Part shown: in pieces, positions 18,416 through 28,091 of the stretch
Numbering within the stretch: position 1 is the first letter of the stretch
Layout of the letters: each line of letters starts with the position of its first letter
Sequence record: SRR20825010_3726
DNA: 64,000 bases
Strand: one strand, 5' to 3'
Program-made: the position numbers and the translations under genes
The notes under the pieces: generated by a model
Databases searched by the model: none
What the model saw: the letters and a program-made list of their open reading frames with translations, nothing else
Told to the model about the DNA's origin: nothing

Positions 18416-19276
18416 ATGACTGCACCTGAAAACAGCCCGGAAATCGGGCGTGATATAACCGCCGCCAGCTACCGCACCAATGTCCATGACCATGGCAAGG
18501 GCAGTGTTCCGGTAATGATGATCCACGGCTCCGGCCCCGGCGTGACCGCCTGGGCCAACTGGCGCCTGGTGATTCCGGAGCTGGCGAAGAACCGCCGTGT
18601 GGTGGCCCCGGATATGCTCGGCTTCGGATATACCCAGCGTCCGGAAGACAACACCTACAGCCGGGAACGCTGGGTCTCCCATGCCATCGGCGTTATGGAT
18701 GCACTGGATCTGCAACAGGTGGATTTGGTCGGCAACTCCTTCGGTGGCGGCCTGGCCCTGGCACTGGCGATCGAGTACCCGGAGAGGGTTCGTCGCCTGG
18801 TGCTGATGGGCTCTGTCGGTGTCAGCTTTCCAATCACTGAGGGCCTAGATGATGTTTGGGGCTATCAGCCTTCCCTTGAAAACATGCGCCGCCTGATGGA
18901 TGTGTTTGCCTTTAACAAAGGCCTGCTCACCGACGAACTGGCGGAGATGCGCTATCAGGCCAGCATCCGCCCCGGTTTCCAGGAATCCTTTGCCGCCATG
19001 TTCCCGGCACCGCGTCAGCGTTGGGTCGACAACCTGGCCAGCGAGGAGAAGCACATCCGGGCGCTGCCCCACGAAACCCTGGTTCTTCATGGCCGCGAGG
19101 ATGAGGTGATACCGCTTGCTGCCTCACTGAAACTGGCGGAACTGATCGACCGAGCCCAGTTGCATGTGTTTGGCCGTTGCGGCCACTGGACCCAGATTGA
19201 ACATGCCAACCGGTTTGCCCGGCTGGTGAACGATTTCCTGACCGAGGCCGATCAAGAGGCTTCAGGAGCAGAATAA
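18416..19276 (+). CDS. dmpD: 2-hydroxymuconic semialdehyde hydrolase
   Basis: HGSGPGV.AWANWR, GNSFGG nucleophile elbow, CGHWTQIE. Confidence 0.95.
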   Translation: MTAPENSPEIGRDITAASYRTNVHDHGKGSVPVMMIHGSGPGVTAWANWRLVIPELAKNRRVVAPDMLGFGYTQRPEDNTYSRERWVSHAIGVMDALDLQQVDLVGNSFGGGLALALAIEYPERVRRLVLMGSVGVSFPITEGLDDVWGYQPSLENMRRLMDVFAFNKGLLTDELAEMRYQASIRPGFQESFAAMFPAPRQRWVDNLASEEKHIRALPHETLVLHGREDEVIPLAASLKLAELIDRAQLHVFGRCGHWTQIEHANRFARLVNDFLTEADQEASGAE

Positions 19277-20061
19277 TGGAACAGAAACGTATACAGGCGC
19301 TGGGTGACGAGCTTTACCAGGCCATGCTGAGCCGGGAAGCAGTTGCACCGCTGACCGGCCGTGGCGAAGACATCACCATTGACGATGCCTACCACATTTC
19401 CCTGCGCATGCTTGAACGCCGCCTGGCGGATGGAGCTTCGATTATCGGCAAGAAGATCGGCGTGACCAGCAAGGCGGTTCAGAACATGCTCAATGTTCAC
19501 CAGCCGGATTTCGGCTATCTGACCGACGACATGGTGTTCAACAGTGGCGAAGTCGTGCCCATCAGCGACCGGCTGATCGCACCCCGCGCCGAGGGCGAAA
19601 TTGCCTTCATCCTGAAGAAAGATCTGAGCGGCCCCGGGATTACCAATGCCGATGTGCTCGCAGCCACAGAGTGTGTGATGCCCTGTTTCGAGATTGTCGA
19701 TTCCCGCATCCAGGACTGGAAGATCGCCATCCAGGACACCGTGGCGGATAACGCCTCCTGTGGTCTGTTTGTGTTGGGCGATCAGGCGGTTTCTCCCCGC
19801 AAGGTGGACCTGGTGACCTGCGGCATGGTGGTGGAAAAGAACGGCAGCGTGCTGAGCGCCGGAGCCGGTGCTGCGGCCTTGGGTTCCCCGGTGAACTGCG
19901 TGACCTGGCTGGCTAACACCCTGGGCGAGTTCGGCATCACCCTGAAAGCCGGTGAGGTCATCCTGTCCGGTTCCCTGGTACCGCTTGAGCCGGTCAAGGC
20001 CGGTGATTACATGCGCGTGGACATCGGTGGTATCGGCAGTGCTTCCGTGCGCTTCGCCTGA
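19276..20061 (+). CDS. dmpE: 2-oxopent-4-enoate hydratase
   Basis: [40 protein letters not shown]. Confidence 0.93.
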   Translation: MEQKRIQALGDELYQAMLSREAVAPLTGRGEDITIDDAYHISLRMLERRLADGASIIGKKIGVTSKAVQNMLNVHQPDFGYLTDDMVFNSGEVVPISDRLIAPRAEGEIAFILKKDLSGPGITNADVLAATECVMPCFEIVDSRIQDWKIAIQDTVADNASCGLFVLGDQAVSPRKVDLVTCGMVVEKNGSVLSAGAGAAALGSPVNCVTWLANTLGEFGITLKAGEVILSGSLVPLEPVKAGDYMRVDIGGIGSASVRFA

Positions 20062-20084
20062 CCCGGATTGAAGAGGACAACATC

Positions 20085-21020
20085 ATGAGCAACAAAATCA
20101 AAGCGGCGGTCATCGGTTCGGGCAACATCGGCACCGACCTGATGATCAAGATCCTGCGCACCGCCGAACACTTTGAAATGGGGGTGATGGTGGGGATTGA
20201 TCCCGAATCGGATGGTTTAGCCCGTGCCAAACGCATGGGCGTGGCCACCACCGCCGAAGGTGTGGAAGGTCTGGTGCAAATGCCCGAGTTCGCCGACATT
20301 CAGGTGGTGTTCGACGCCACCTCCGCCGGCGCTCACGTTCACAATGACAAACTGCTGCGTGAACACAAACCCGACATCCGCGTGGTCGACCTGACCCCGG
20401 CGGCCATCGGCCCCTACTGCGTGCCAGTGGTTAACCTGGAGGAACATCTGGGGGAGGGCAACGTCAACATGGTCACCTGCGGTGGCCAGGCCACCATTCC
20501 CATGGTCGCTGCGGTGTCCCGTGTTGCCAGGGCCCACTACGCCGAGATCGTCGCCTCGATTTCCAGTAAATCTGCCGGCCCAGGCACCCGCGCCAACATC
20601 GACGAGTTTACCGAAACCACCTCGAAGGCGATTGAAGTGGTGGGCGGCGCCGGCAAGGGCAAGGCCATCATTGTCCTGAACCCGGCCGAACCACCTTTGC
20701 TGATGCGGGACACCGTCTACGTGCTCTCCGAGGCCGCTGACCAGGCGGAAGTGGAAGCCTCGGTGGAAGAAATGGTCAAGGCCGTCAACCGCTACGTGCC
20801 CGGTTATCGCCTCAAGCAGAAAGTGCAGTTTGATGTGATTCCCGAAGACCAGCCCATGAACGTCCCGGGCCTGGGCCGGTTCAGCGGCCTGAAGACCTCT
20901 ATCTTCCTGGAAGTGGAGGGCGCCGCCCATTACCTGCCGGCCTACGCCGGCAACCTGGACATCATGACCTCCGCTGCACTCGGTACCGCCGAGCGCATCG
21001 CCGAATCGCTGGTCAACTGA
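20085..21020 (+). CDS. dmpF: Acetaldehyde dehydrogenase (acylating)
   Basis: [49 protein letters not shown]. Confidence 0.96.
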   Translation: MSNKIKAAVIGSGNIGTDLMIKILRTAEHFEMGVMVGIDPESDGLARAKRMGVATTAEGVEGLVQMPEFADIQVVFDATSAGAHVHNDKLLREHKPDIRVVDLTPAAIGPYCVPVVNLEEHLGEGNVNMVTCGGQATIPMVAAVSRVARAHYAEIVASISSKSAGPGTRANIDEFTETTSKAIEVVGGAGKGKAIIVLNPAEPPLLMRDTVYVLSEAADQAEVEASVEEMVKAVNRYVPGYRLKQKVQFDVIPEDQPMNVPGLGRFSGLKTSIFLEVEGAAHYLPAYAGNLDIMTSAALGTAERIAESLVN

Positions 21021-21033
21021 GGAGGAACGAACC

Positions 21034-22071
21034 ATGACCTTTAATCCCGGTAAAAAGCTCTACATCTCCGACGTGACCCTGCGGGACGGTAGCCACGCGA
21101 TTCGCCACCAGTACTCCATCCAGAACGTGCAGGACATCGCACGGGCGTTGGACAAGGCGAAAGTCGACAGTATAGAAGTGGCCCACGGCGACGGCTTGCA
21201 GGGCTCCAGCTTCAACTACGGCTTCGGCGCCCACACTGACCTGGAGTGGATCGAAGCGGTGGCAGACGTGGTCACCCACTCGAAGATCGCCACCTTGTTA
21301 CTGCCCGGTATCGGAACCGTCCACGACCTGGACAATGCCTACAGCGCTGGCGCAAGAATCGTCAGAGTGGCCACCCACTGCACCGAAGCAGATGTGTCAA
21401 AGCAGCACATTGAACACGCCCGCAAGCTCGGCATGGACACCGTCGGCTTTCTGATGATGAGCCACATGCAGACCCCGCAGGGGCTCGCCGAACAGGCCAA
21501 GCTGATGGAAGACTACGGTGCCACCTGCCTGTACGTGGTGGACTCCGGCGGCGCCATGAACATGAACGACATCCGGGACCGCTTCCGGGCGCTCAAGGAT
21601 GTTCTCAAGCCGGAAACCGAAACCGGCATTCATGCCCACCACAACCTGGCGCTGGGTGTGGCCAACTCCATCGTGGCAGTGGAAGAGGGCTGTGACCGGG
21701 TTGATGCTTCCCTGGCGGGTATGGGCGCCGGCGCGGGCAATGCCCCGCTGGAAGTGTGCATCGCCGCCTTCGACAAGATGGGGTGGGAGCACGGTACCGA
21801 CGTGTACGCGCTGATGGACGCGGCGGACGACATCGTCCGGCCGCTTCAGGACCGCCCGGTCAGGGTGGATCGTGAAACCCTGGCCCTGGGCTACGCCGGC
21901 GTTTACTCAAGCTTCCTGCGCCATTCCGAAGTGGCGGCGCAGAAGTACGGCCTGAAGACCGTTGACATTCTGGTGGAGCTGGGCAAACGCCGCATGGTGG
22001 GTGGCCAGGAAGACATGATTGTGGATGTGGCGCTGGATCTGCTGGCGGCACAAAAGGAGCAGAACTTATGA
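21034..22071 (+). CDS. dmpG: 4-hydroxy-2-oxovalerate aldolase
   Basis: [39 protein letters not shown]. Confidence 0.96.
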   Translation: MTFNPGKKLYISDVTLRDGSHAIRHQYSIQNVQDIARALDKAKVDSIEVAHGDGLQGSSFNYGFGAHTDLEWIEAVADVVTHSKIATLLLPGIGTVHDLDNAYSAGARIVRVATHCTEADVSKQHIEHARKLGMDTVGFLMMSHMQTPQGLAEQAKLMEDYGATCLYVVDSGGAMNMNDIRDRFRALKDVLKPETETGIHAHHNLALGVANSIVAVEEGCDRVDASLAGMGAGAGNAPLEVCIAAFDKMGWEHGTDVYALMDAADDIVRPLQDRPVRVDRETLALGYAGVYSSFLRHSEVAAQKYGLKTVDILVELGKRRMVGGQEDMIVDVALDLLAAQKEQNL

Positions 22072-22862
22072 GCAAGACGTTAAGCCGAGAGCAGGTGCTG
22101 GCACTGGCCGAGCACGTGGAAAACGCCGAACTTCAGGCCCAGGACATCACCAAGGTTACCAATGACTATCCCGACATGACCTTCGAGGATGCCTACGATG
22201 TGCAGTGGGAAATCCGTCGTCGCAAGGAAGAGCGAGGCAACAAGATCGTGGGCATGAAAATGGGCCTCACATCCTGGGCAAAGATGGCCCAGATGGGTGT
22301 CGAAACCCCCATTTACGGCTTCCTGGCGGACTATTTCAGCGTGCCGGATGGCGGTGTGGTCGACACCAAGGAGCTGATCCACCCGAAAATTGAAGCAGAG
22401 ATTGCCTTCGTTACCAAGGCGCCCCTGAAAGGCCCCGGCTGCCATATCGGTCAGGTGCTGGCCGCAACGGACTTCGTGATTCCCGCCGTGGAAGTCATCG
22501 ATTCCCGCTATGAGAACTTCAAGTTCGACCTGGTGAGTGTCGTGGCGGACAACGCCTCATCAACCCGGTTTATCACCGGCGGCCAGATGGCCGATGTGGC
22601 GGATGTGGATTTGAAAACCCTGGGTGTGGTGGTCGAGAAGAACGGTGAAGTTGTCGATGTAGGTGCGGGCGCTGCCGTGCTTGGTCATCCGGCGTCCAGC
22701 GTGGCGATGCTGGCCAACCTGCTGGCAGAACGGGGTGAACATATCCCAGCGGGCACCTTCATCATGACGGGCGGGATTACCGCAGCGATCGCCGTGGAGC
22801 CTGGTGACAATATCACCGTACGTTACCAGGGGCTGGGGACCGTAACCGGAAGGTTTATCTAA
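22068..22862 (+). CDS. dmpH: 4-oxalocrotonate decarboxylase
   Basis: [43 protein letters not shown]. Confidence 0.93.
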   Translation: MSKTLSREQVLALAEHVENAELQAQDITKVTNDYPDMTFEDAYDVQWEIRRRKEERGNKIVGMKMGLTSWAKMAQMGVETPIYGFLADYFSVPDGGVVDTKELIHPKIEAEIAFVTKAPLKGPGCHIGQVLAATDFVIPAVEVIDSRYENFKFDLVSVVADNASSTRFITGGQMADVADVDLKTLGVVVEKNGEVVDVGAGAAVLGHPASSVAMLANLLAERGEHIPAGTFIMTGGITAAIAVEPGDNITVRYQGLGTVTGRFI

Positions 22863-22895
22863 GCCTCAAAGACACTGCCAACGGAGCAGCGAATT

Positions 22896-23489
22896 ATGAG
22901 CGACACCATTGATCTGCGTTTATATTTCAACTTCCGCAGCCCGTACTGCTATCTGGCCAGCGAGCGCATGTTCGAGCTTTTTGACCAGTACCGCGTCAAT
23001 CTGCTCTGGAGGCCTTTGGGGGGATGGCACGGTCGCTCGGATCCGGACCGGGCAAAGGTCAAGATGCCGATCGCCCGGCAGGACGTGGCACGCTGGGCAT
23101 GTCGGTTTGGCATGCCTCTGACCCCACCTCCGAAGAGTACGGACCCGACCCGTGCCGGGGCTGGCTCACTGTTGGCAGAAAAGGAAGGGCTGCTCAAACC
23201 CTATGTGGTGGCGATGATGCGCGCCGAATGGTCGGACGGCCTGGACATCGGGGATGCAGAGGTTCTGGTCTCGGTTGCCGAAAGCGTCGGGCTGGACAGG
23301 GAGGCGTTTGCCAAGGCGATCGATGATCCCGAACTCCATGCCCAACTTGACCGGAACTGGCTGGAAGCACAGGAAAAGGGTGCCCTGGGTGTTCCCACGT
23401 TTGTTATCGGCGACCAGATTTTCTGGGGCCAGGACAGGCTGGATTTTGTGGGGGAGCATCTGCTGGATCTGGGAGCAGCACGTCAATGA
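22896..23489 (+). CDS. 2-hydroxychromene-2-carboxylate isomerase-like / kappa-class GST (DsbA family)
   Basis: YFNFRSPYCYL and GALGVPTF..G..IFWGQDRL motifs of NahD/kappa GST. Confidence 0.82.
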   Translation: MSDTIDLRLYFNFRSPYCYLASERMFELFDQYRVNLLWRPLGGWHGRSDPDRAKVKMPIARQDVARWACRFGMPLTPPPKSTDPTRAGAGSLLAEKEGLLKPYVVAMMRAEWSDGLDIGDAEVLVSVAESVGLDREAFAKAIDDPELHAQLDRNWLEAQEKGALGVPTFVIGDQIFWGQDRLDFVGEHLLDLGAARQ

Positions 23490-24121
23490 TCAGGATACGA
23501 CTGATTGATAAGCCTGAATGTCCGTTTTGCTGGCGAGTCCGAATTGCCGCAGCTATGCAGGGGCGGGCGATGCACAGTATGGACAGGTCAGATCCGGATG
23601 TTCTCGCCGAGTGGCAGCGATTATCGCCGAGTCAAACGGTGCCGGTGTTGATTGAGGATGACCTGGTACTGACGGACTCTGGCCCGATGCTTGAGTACCT
23701 GGCCGAAACCGGGCCGGCCTTGCTGCCGGATTCTCCACGCCGAAGGGCGGAAGCACGAAGCTGGGTCGTGTACGGGGATAGAATTTTGGGGCAATCCCTG
23801 CGGGAAGTGGTCTTTGAGAAACGCGATAAACCGGAGAACGAATGGGATCAAGACAGGATTCGTAAGGGTACACACGGATTTCTGGGCGGGCTAGCCGCAC
23901 TCGAGATGGCGTTGCAAGACGAAAGCTTCCTTCTCGGGAACCAGCCAACCCTGGCCGAGTGCGCCTTGTTTCCAAGGTTTGCTCTGGCCCTGCTCTACGG
24001 CGTGGATATCCCTGCCGATTTTCCCCGAACTCGCCAATGGTTTGGTCGCCTGGCCACCTACCCGGCCTTCTTGTCGTCGAGCCCGGAGCGTGTCAGGAAC
24101 GTTCTTGTTGATTTTGCGTGA
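23486..24121 (+). CDS. Glutathione S-transferase family protein with CPFC active site
   Basis: ECPFCWRVR, SP..TVPVL..D..LTDS..MLEYL, FLLG..TLAE; ATGA overlap with upstream gene. Confidence 0.85.
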   Translation: MIRIRLIDKPECPFCWRVRIAAAMQGRAMHSMDRSDPDVLAEWQRLSPSQTVPVLIEDDLVLTDSGPMLEYLAETGPALLPDSPRRRAEARSWVVYGDRILGQSLREVVFEKRDKPENEWDQDRIRKGTHGFLGGLAALEMALQDESFLLGNQPTLAECALFPRFALALLYGVDIPADFPRTRQWFGRLATYPAFLSSSPERVRNVLVDFA

Positions 24122-24130
24122 GGAACCGTC

Positions 24131-24322
24131 ATGCCAATAGCCCAACTGTATATCCTTGAAGGTCGCACGGACGAACAGAAAGAGCGACTTATTCGTGAGG
24201 TGTCGGAAGCCATGTCACGCTCAATTGATTCGCCGATTGAACGCGTACGGGTAATCATTACCGAAATGCCTAAAAGCCATTTCGGGATAGCAGGGGAGCC
24301 GGCCAGTAAAGTCCGTCCTTAA
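24131..24322 (+). CDS. dmpI: 4-oxalocrotonate tautomerase
   Basis: 63 aa, [35 protein letters not shown] (catalytic Pro1). Confidence 0.95.
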   Translation: MPIAQLYILEGRTDEQKERLIREVSEAMSRSIDSPIERVRVIITEMPKSHFGIAGEPASKVRP

Positions 24323-24324
24323 AG

Positions 24325-25059
24325 TTGTCTTCAAACCAACGTGTCTTGCGGGTGAGTAATGTGACCAAGCTGCCTGTGCTGTATTTGTCCTGTGAAACCG
24401 AAGCGCTGATAGGGCCCAAAGGGCAGGCAAGCCTGCGCCGCTTGATACGGCCGGATCTCGTGATTGCCAACGTAGCATTTATTACCTCGGCAAAAGGGGG
24501 CGTACAGCCGGAAATTTTTTACCAGTGTGGCGAGGGAGTTCTTGCCAGGCGTCTGCAGTCTGAAATGGCGGAACGGGGGTTTGATGCCGCCGTTCGCGGA
24601 TCTCGGGAACAGGGTTTGAAGGAATTGGCTGAGAGCATGACGCACCTCGCGCCTGATGAGGTGATTGAATTGAAGCTCAACACGGGCATGACCAGTGAAC
24701 ACTACAGGGCCATTGGTCATTGCCTGGAAGCCTTGAGAAACCAGGGCGTGTTGCTGATATGTCTGGACCGGCTGGAAAACGTCGGCAACAATGTGGATCA
24801 TCCTCAGCCAATTGACAGTTATATCCGTAACCTGATTCGTCAGTGGGAAGATGAACACCGATGGGCAAAAGCCATGTCGAAATCTGACCTTGGTGCCTCT
24901 AATTCCAGTCCGGGAGCCAAAGCCCCCATTGCCGACCCGACGTTATGTGTGCTCAATACCGCCTTCAGTCTGGGTGGAATGCAGGCACCTCAGCGCCTGT
25001 TTGGCTTTTCGCTGAACGAGACCAGTCAATCCCTCGCAGGTTATGGATGGATGCAATAA
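24325..25059 (+). CDS. Degenerate LigB/DODA (YgiD)-like ring-cleavage dioxygenase homologue; start uncertain (GTG 24352 or 24361 possible)
   Basis: LPVLYLS and H.R.IG..LEALR.QGVLLI resemble YgiD/DODA, but the HGSP, SAHW and DHG motifs are absent. Confidence 0.55.
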   Translation: MSSNQRVLRVSNVTKLPVLYLSCETEALIGPKGQASLRRLIRPDLVIANVAFITSAKGGVQPEIFYQCGEGVLARRLQSEMAERGFDAAVRGSREQGLKELAESMTHLAPDEVIELKLNTGMTSEHYRAIGHCLEALRNQGVLLICLDRLENVGNNVDHPQPIDSYIRNLIRQWEDEHRWAKAMSKSDLGASNSSPGAKAPIADPTLCVLNTAFSLGGMQAPQRLFGFSLNETSQSLAGYGWMQ

Positions 25060-25087
25060 TCTGTTGGAAATACAGAGGGTCCCATAA

Positions 25088-26032
25088 ATGCTGAAACTAT
25101 TGATGGTTGGGGCCGGTGGTATTGGAGGTTACTATGCTGCCAGGCTTCTGGAGTCGGGGCACCGGGTGATACTCACTGCTCGAGGGGACCATCTGCATGC
25201 CCTTGCCAGCAATGGCCTGAAAGTTTACTACGAGGGGCGGGAGCTGATTCATCGTCCAAAGGCGCTCAGCCACCAGCAACTGGCGGCCGGATTCCACCCT
25301 GACGACTTTGACGTAATCATCATTGCCCTGAAGTCGACAGCCACCGTATTGGTTACGGAAGAGCTCGGAACCTGGCTCAGACAGGGCCGGGTTCCCGTGT
25401 TGTCCTTACAGAATGGCGTTGACAATGAGCCGTTGCTGGCCGATGTCATAGGTACGGAGCGAATAATTGGCGGGCTTGCGGTGCGGATCGGTGGGCATAT
25501 TGCCCGGCCAGGGGTTGTTGAAGCAGAAGGCGTTGCCGAGATCGTCATGGGCGAATGGCCTGCGGTGGGTAAACCCGGAAGCGCGCGCTCGTTGCTGCTG
25601 AAGAAACTCGCGGCGGTATTCGACGACTCGGGTATTCCGACCACGCTTTCCGACAACATTCGCTACGAGCTATGGCGTAAGCTGGTGATCAACAATGGTG
25701 TAAACCCGCTCTCGGCACTGACAGGACTAGACACCCGCAGCCTTACTCATCATCCTGAGCTCAGCAGGATTGTGTATGGCATGATGGCGGAAACCGTTGA
25801 AGCATCAAGGGCCGATGATGTAAATCTCACGAAGGCGGACCTCCACGAAATGTTCGAGCTGATCAGTTCTTTCAATGCCATAAAAACGTCCATGTTGATA
25901 GACAGAGAGAAAGGGCGCCCTCTTGAACTGGACAGTATTGCGGGCGCCGTGCTCAAACGTTGCACCAGTCTTGGCATCGATGCCCCATACACCTCGACCA
26001 TCGCCACTTTGTTGAAGCAACAGACCTCCTGA
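25088..26032 (+). CDS. Ketopantoate reductase (PanE/ApbA) family oxidoreductase
   Basis: GAGGIGG, LQNGV, LWRKL..N...NP.SAL, TSML.D...GRPLELD. Confidence 0.88.
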   Translation: MLKLLMVGAGGIGGYYAARLLESGHRVILTARGDHLHALASNGLKVYYEGRELIHRPKALSHQQLAAGFHPDDFDVIIIALKSTATVLVTEELGTWLRQGRVPVLSLQNGVDNEPLLADVIGTERIIGGLAVRIGGHIARPGVVEAEGVAEIVMGEWPAVGKPGSARSLLLKKLAAVFDDSGIPTTLSDNIRYELWRKLVINNGVNPLSALTGLDTRSLTHHPELSRIVYGMMAETVEASRADDVNLTKADLHEMFELISSFNAIKTSMLIDREKGRPLELDSIAGAVLKRCTSLGIDAPYTSTIATLLKQQTS

Positions 26033-26196
26033 CTTCCCACTATGAGTTGGCGCTCTTGCCGCTCTCGTATACCTCGTTAAACCTCATACTCGCGTTCTTC
26101 CTTAATCAATGAACGTATGCTGATTAAGTGGTGTCTTCATTGGTTGTTGATTGACCATCTAGATTTATATAAAGTGAACTAATTAACAATAAGTAA

Positions 26197-27165
26197 ATGA
26201 GGCGAGAGATGTTTGGTCAATCACTTGCGGGCGCTACCGTCCTTCAGGGGGCACATCCGGAAGAGGTGTCTGCGTTTGTTAATCAGCATATCGGGCAGCA
26301 TCGCCTGGAAATGCTGGGCGAGCAGAAACGGAAGTCCAGTCTCAGCTTCAGGGAGTTTGCCGGGTTCGGGATGTCCCAGCTTAGCTACGGCAACCATGTT
26401 CGGGTAAAAAGTCCCGAACTCGATTCCATCTACCACTTCCAGATTGTGACCCGGGGTGAATGCGTGTGGCACCAGGCGGGCGAACGCATGAAGGTTCGCA
26501 GTGGCCAGGCCGTGATGGTGAACCCCTATGAGAGCATTGACCCGGAGTATTCCGACGACTGTGAAAAACTGATTATCAAGGTCCCGGAACACGTACTGAA
26601 TAACGCCCGCGAGTTGGCCCATGGCCGTTTGCCGGAAAACGGCATTCGTTTTACCCGGGCGCCTGTGGAGCTTCGGCTATGCCCGGCCCTGATCAATATC
26701 ATGGAGGCGGTGCTGTCCGAACTTGACGATGCGGAAGACGAAGATATTAATCCGGTATGCGCTCCCTATCGGGAGATTATCCTCAAGAAACTGCTGAAAG
26801 TATTTCCCAGTAACTGGTCCAGCCAGGAGAGTGGTGTGGCCTGTACACCCATGCTGGGGAAGATGCTGCACTACATTGAACAGAACCTGCACCGCAACAT
26901 TGATATTGAAGAGCTGTCCGGCGTTTCCAATATGAGTGTTCGATCCATCTATAATGCCTTTTCCAAGGCCTTCGCGACGACCCCAAAGTGTTATATCAAG
27001 CAGTTGAAGCTACAGAAGTTGCGGGAAGACCTTTTGCAGGGCAAATGCCGGAATGTCACCGAGATCGCCCTGGATTACGGCTTCAGCCACCTCGGCCGGT
27101 TTTCATCGGACTATCGAAAGTCCTTTGGCGAGTTGCCCTCTGAAACCCTGCGAATGGCCGGTTAA
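26197..27165 (+). CDS. XylS/BenR-like AraC-family activator
   Basis: P..VS.FVNQ.IG.H, SYG..VRV.SP.L...YH.QI...G.C.W, YS.DCEK.I.K.P and TEIALDYGF.HLGRF...YR..FGELPS.TLR are colinear with XylS as recalled; alternative start 26209. Confidence 0.85.
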   Translation: MRREMFGQSLAGATVLQGAHPEEVSAFVNQHIGQHRLEMLGEQKRKSSLSFREFAGFGMSQLSYGNHVRVKSPELDSIYHFQIVTRGECVWHQAGERMKVRSGQAVMVNPYESIDPEYSDDCEKLIIKVPEHVLNNARELAHGRLPENGIRFTRAPVELRLCPALINIMEAVLSELDDAEDEDINPVCAPYREIILKKLLKVFPSNWSSQESGVACTPMLGKMLHYIEQNLHRNIDIEELSGVSNMSVRSIYNAFSKAFATTPKCYIKQLKLQKLREDLLQGKCRNVTEIALDYGFSHLGRFSSDYRKSFGELPSETLRMAG

Positions 27166-27971
27166 CCCCGGCCATTGCCTTCCCGTTGTTCCCCGCAGAT
27201 CTGTCGGGTAACCCGGTCGCTGCATTCCCGGACCTGTTCGAACAGGAATGAGCCTTCGCTGATGTCGGTGTCCCGATCAAGACCCAACAGGGTGATGACG
27301 GTGACGATGCTGCCGTTGATATCAAATACGGGGCGGCTGAGCACATTGATTTCGGGCAGGTAATCACTGAAAAACGCGCAGTAGTTATCCCGTTTGATGG
27401 TCTCCAGATGGGGTTGCAGCTCCTCCCGGGTGATGGGTTTGCCCTGGTGCTTGGGCAGTGACTTGGAGTTCTTGTAGTACTGGTCCACCAGTTCCTTGCG
27501 CCGTTTCGCCGGCAGGTGGGCCAGGTAAATCCTTCCTGACGCAGAGTTCAGTGGCGACAGTTCTGCGCCCAGCCTCACGTTGACCGAGATCGGCTGGCTC
27601 GAATCCAGCCATTTGATGACCAGCGGGCCGTTGCCGTTCCAGACGGTGACGGAGACGGTTCTGTCGGTTTCCTCATTGAGCCGGTCAACGGCCTCATAAC
27701 TCAACTGGATTGGGTTGATTCGCCGGAGCGCGGAAATGCCCAGAGTCAGGCTGGAATTGCCCAGGGTGTACTGGGTGTGATTCACCTGGTTGATGTAGCC
27801 TTCTCTCAGCAAACTGACCAGGTACTTGTGGGCGCGGCTGGGTGAGAGATCTAGTGCGCCCGACAGCTCCTTGAGAGTAGGTGGCCTTGATGCCGCTGAA
27901 ATGTAGTTGAGGATATGCAATCCGATTTCCAGCGACCCGATTCCCTGCCGCTTGGGGCTTTCTTCTGCCAT
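27162..27971 (-). CDS. IclR-family transcriptional regulator
   Basis: GIGSLEIG..IL HTH (L.LSPSRAHKYLVSL), SASGR..LA, PVFD..G; start ATG 27971. Confidence 0.88.
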   Translation of the reverse strand: MAEESPKRQGIGSLEIGLHILNYISAASRPPTLKELSGALDLSPSRAHKYLVSLLREGYINQVNHTQYTLGNSSLTLGISALRRINPIQLSYEAVDRLNEETDRTVSVTVWNGNGPLVIKWLDSSQPISVNVRLGAELSPLNSASGRIYLAHLPAKRRKELVDQYYKNSKSLPKHQGKPITREELQPHLETIKRDNYCAFFSDYLPEINVLSRPVFDINGSIVTVITLLGLDRDTDISEGSFLFEQVRECSDRVTRQICGEQREGNGRG

Positions 27972-28016
27972 GGATGTTCCCGTTTGCAATTGACTGGTGC
28001 TGCCTTGTACCAGCGG

Positions 28017-28052
28017 AAAACAGGTGCCCTGGAGACGGCGGGCACCTGTTTT
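28017..28052. terminator. Intrinsic terminator (possibly bidirectional) after the porin gene
   Basis: AAAACAGGTGCCC-N10-GGGCACCTGTTTT perfect 13-bp inverted repeat including A/T tails. Confidence 0.75.
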
Positions 28053-28091
28053 GCGGGTTGTTGGCAAGGATACCAATTCTGAAGGTCCGGA

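Noticed and set aside
26047-26060. TTGGCGCTCTTGCC as a sigma54 promoter for the xylS-like gene
   Set aside because: GG and GC are 7 nt apart rather than the required 10
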